Assembly: GCA_000388065.2 (NCBI GenBank)
Contig: KB932203.1
Length of the DNA: 9,613 bases
Origin: Fonticula alba ATCC 38817
Taxonomy: Eukaryota > Protista > Nucleariida
Reading direction: 5' to 3' (one strand)
This document shows positions 6,891 through 9,613 of this stretch, in pieces. The notes under the pieces were generated by a model. The model did not search any database. It saw nothing but the letters and a program-made list of their open reading frames with translations, and had not been told where the DNA came from. Position numbers and translations under genes: made by a program. How positions within the stretch are numbered: position 1 is the first letter of the stretch; each line of letters begins with the position of its first letter.

Positions 6891-9542
6891 CTAGACGGGC
6901 AAAATGGTGCCGGCGATGGCCAACTCTGGCGGGGTGGGCGGAGTCGCCGGCGGTGTCGGCGCCGGAGCCGTGGACACGGACACCATTGGCGCACCCGGCC
7001 GGGGCATCGACTCGCTCGACTCATCAGGCGAGGGACTCCCCGCGCGAGAGGAGCCCCCCGCTTGGTGGTTGGATATCGAGGAGATGGACATATTTGACAT
7101 GACCCATGTGCCGTCGGTGCCCATGCGGGGGAGTTCCCCGCGAGCGATGCGCGTCAGCCGGCCCATGCGCTCAGCAGCCGACAACTGGGGGATAGCCGCT
7201 GCGGGCGAAGCGTCCGTGCCTTCCTGAGTGGAGACTGGCGTCGCCGACGCAATGGCCACCGTCCCTGGCAGCGGAGGATACTCCAACAGGGGGATCTCCG
7301 GCAGATCGGATCCGGAGATGACCGCATTCACCAAGTGTGGCGATTGCTTCTCCTCGCGCTTGTACTTGTTGCGGATTTGCCTCCGATTGCGGTCGGTGAA
7401 GAGGCAAGAAATCAGGACAAAGTCGGTGCCGAAGAAGCGGAGACCCTGCATGGAGGAGGGGAGGAGATAAAAAAAAACATGCACGCGCATGGGTCAGTGA
7501 TGGGTTCCGAGCGTGCATGGCCAGTACGCGGAGCCGAGGACCGGTGCGCGGCCGCCGCTGCGGCGATGGCAATGATGGCAGCCCGTGCCCTGCTTGCTGC
7601 CCCATCCCCCTCCCCGGATGTCGCCTCTTGTGCGCGAGGACCCGGAGCAAAAAGGGAAAGCCATGCATGTATGCTCGCCCCCCCCCCCCCCCCCCCCCAC
7701 CCCCCCCCACTTCCACCACCACTGGATCCATATGCACAGGTGGGGCAGATGCGTACCTCAAAGAAGAGGGCCGTCTCCTGGGGGCTCCAGCGGTCGGTGG
7801 GGGCATACTTGGTGAAGGAGGCCGCCGTCACGCGGGATCCGCCGTCCAAGTCGCCGCCCATCATGTCGTGGTCATCAAGCATTTGGACCACGCGCGGCTG
7901 GTCGCCGTGGGGGTTGGCAAATTCCCCGACCTGGTAGTCATTCCGGCCAACAGAAGGACAGGGAGGTGGTCAGATGGGGGGCGGTGACGATGGCGCGGGT
8001 GAAAAGGAGCAGACGGCGCGGAGTCGGAGGACCGGGGGAAATGCCCAGCGAGGGCGAGGGCACAAATGTGAGTGCGCATGGCGTACAGTTTCCGGGGTGA
8101 AGCTCAGGGAAGACTCATCGATGACAATTTGCCCGTCGACAATGCGGATCTGTGGGACCGGCGCCGCGTCGTCCGCCACCATCGGTTGCGACAGCAAACC
8201 AGGCGCCGAGAGAGCCGGGCCGCCGGCAAAGGCCGAGGGGGCAAGCGGCTGTGAAGAGGGAGCGGCGAGAGAGGCCCCCGCAGCCATGGGGGAGCCCTTC
8301 AGCTCGGGCTTGACATTGCCCTCGTGGTCGAAGCTCATGCCCCCCAGCAGGGGACTGCTCAGGGGAGACTCGGCCGAGGAGCTGGTATCACCGCCGCCAA
8401 ACAGGCCCGACAAGGGGGACATCACGGGCGAGGGCGATGTCCCGAGCTCGGGGCTGGGAGAGAGACTGTTGATTTGAGCCGACCGGGCCTCATGCTCACG
8501 CATCTGACACCCGGGAGACGATCCGAGCCAGGGGAGGGGAGTGGAGAGCGAGGGGGGGGGGGGGGGCAGACAGAAAGTCGACAAACAGAAACAGGAGTCA
8601 GCAAGGGCAAGCAACTGCACGGCCAATGGGGGGCCGCCAGCGGGGGGGGGGGGGGGGGCCAGAGGGGCCCCCCGCATACGGGGGGGGGGGGTGGCCCCCC
8701 GGGGGGGCGACGCTCGATGCGCTGGGAATGCCGGTATGCGTGCGGCGCATAAGCATGGCGATGGTGGGCCGGGCAGTGGAGGCCCCGGCCGCTGCCCGGC
8801 GCGGGGCGGAGGGCGACCCGGCGCCGGTTGTGGCGGAGGTGGGCCGCCGCTTGCGCACGGGGCGCGGAGCATCATCGGATCCGGCTTGCAGATCCGGCGA
8901 GGCGTCTGGTGAGGTGTCCGGTGTGGAGGAGGCCGCGCGTTTGGTAACGCGTGCTGTCGGCGGCTGGATGGTGGTGCTGGCCGTGCGGGCGGGAGGGGCA
9001 CCGGCCTCGGCGGCGGCCATGATGACCGAGCCAGCCGCAGAGGCGGCCGGGGGGATCGGGGTGCCAATGCGCATCGGGGTGCCGATCTTGAAACCACCGG
9101 CCGCTGGCCGTGGTGAGGCAATGCGGACAGTCGGAGCAGCAATCGGCGTGGCAACCGGCGTGGCAACCGGCGTGGCAACCGGCGTGGCAACCGGCGTGGC
9201 AACAGACTTAGCCATGGGCGTGGCAATTGGCGTGGCGGTCGTCACAGCACCCAGGGTGACAGTAGCCGGAAGGATGGCCGGCGTGGTGACCCTGCCCATG
9301 GAGGTCACGCCACCCAGCGGGGGAATGGTGGTTACGGTGGCCGTCAGAGCCGGGGTGGCATCGTCGCTGGGGCTGTTGGGCACCGGCAAGCTGGACTTGG
9401 CTGGAGGGTCGGCTGGCCTGGCCACAGGCATGGCAGGCTTGGCCAAGAGCACAGCGGGTCTTTGAGGTTGCCGTCGAACTCCGCGGCCGACGGCCTTCGG
9501 CTTGAAGGTCATGACCGAAGGGCCATCTTCATGGTCGGACAT
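6891..9542 (-). CDS. BDP1: TFIIIB subunit BDP1 (B double-prime, SANT/Myb-like domain). Exons 9542-8712, 8503-8087, 7930-7757, 7445-6891; about 658 aa
   Basis: The spliced product contains an N-terminal TFKPK, then PQIRIVDGQIVIDESSL, VTAASF, and RWSPQETALFFE/GLRFFGTDFVLISCLFTDRNRRQIRNKYKREEKQSP. The last matches the Bdp1 SANT signature W...ET..F...L..FGTDF..I..LF..R.R.QI..K...EE...P. Introns 2 and 3 have clear GTACGC...CAG ends. The exon 1 donor is less certain. Confidence 0.93.
7446..7756 (-). other. BDP1 intron 3 (311 nt, phase 0)
   Basis: GTACGC donor after ALFFE, CTGAC at 7497-7493, T/C tract, CAG acceptor before GLRFFGTDF. It splits the SANT domain exactly in frame. Confidence 0.93.
7678..7708. 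repeat. C21-A-C9 homopolymer tract in BDP1 intron 3
   Basis: Direct count. Confidence 0.85.
7931..8086 (-). other. BDP1 intron 2 (156 nt, phase 0)
   Basis: GTACGC donor after SFTPET, CTGAC at 7973-7969, CAG acceptor before VGEFANP. Confidence 0.88.
8504..8711 (-). other. BDP1 intron 1 (208 nt, phase 0; donor tentative)
   Basis: CAG acceptor at 8506-8504, preceded by CTGAC (8601-8597) and an AG-free pyrimidine tract. GTCGCC at 8711 is the only frame-compatible GT I found between the end of the Bdp1-like sequence and the homopolymer runs. Confidence 0.65.
9145..9203 (-). repeat. About 5 x 12-bp coding tandem repeat encoding VATP in BDP1
   Basis: GGCGTGGCAACC x4 plus GGCGTGGCAAC on the + strand; translated as SVATPVATPVATPVATPVATP. 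Confidence 0.93.
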
Positions 9543-9613
9543 CGGGGCGAGATGGGGCGCAAGCGCGGACGCGGTGACCACTGCGTGGGCCGCGACTGGT
9601 AGCAGGCGGGGTG

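Noticed and set aside
7970-9226. 418-aa minus-strand ORF as a separate gene
   Set aside because: Only 8503-8087 is BDP1 exon 2; the rest is an off-frame Pro/Arg-rich reading of exon 1 and introns.
6904-9465. Plus-strand ORFs overlapping BDP1 (6904-7227, 7335-7937, 7974-8477, 8626-9465 and others)
   Set aside because: These are antisense shadow ORFs, expected in GC-rich coding DNA, and carry no independent motifs.
1-9613. tRNA, rRNA, snRNA, telomeric repeats or transposon ends
   Set aside because: I saw no cloverleaf or A/B-box pair, rRNA signature, TTAGGG array, terminal inverted repeats with target-site duplication, or RT/transposase motif. This was by eye only; an Infernal/Rfam and RepeatMasker run would be decisive.

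Overview
This is GC-rich eukaryotic genomic DNA with spliceosomal introns and many microsatellites, not a prokaryotic or phage locus. Three intron-containing genes can be assembled by hand: MBF1/EDF1 (+, 2143-2840, 3 exons, 150 aa), cyclin H (+, 4895-6459, 3 exons, 403 aa) and BDP1, the SANT-domain subunit of TFIIIB (-, 9542-6891, 4 exons, 658 aa on my model). Cyclin H and BDP1 are tail-to-tail. Six of the seven donors follow GTRYGY (GTGCGT, GTACGC, GTATGT), and five introns have a CTGAC branch-like motif, sometimes far from the acceptor. The sequence style reminds me of a GC-rich protist such as Paratrimastix, but that is a guess. Regions 1-2100 and 2850-4890 contain no recognisable protein, but they do carry splice-like, poly(A)-like and non-B-DNA signals. 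I found no tRNA, rRNA, CRISPR array or identifiable mobile element. I see no clearly novel system. The best leads are the clustering of three basal-transcription genes, possible hidden splicing downstream of MBF1 and upstream of cyclin H, and an unresolved transcription unit at the left end.
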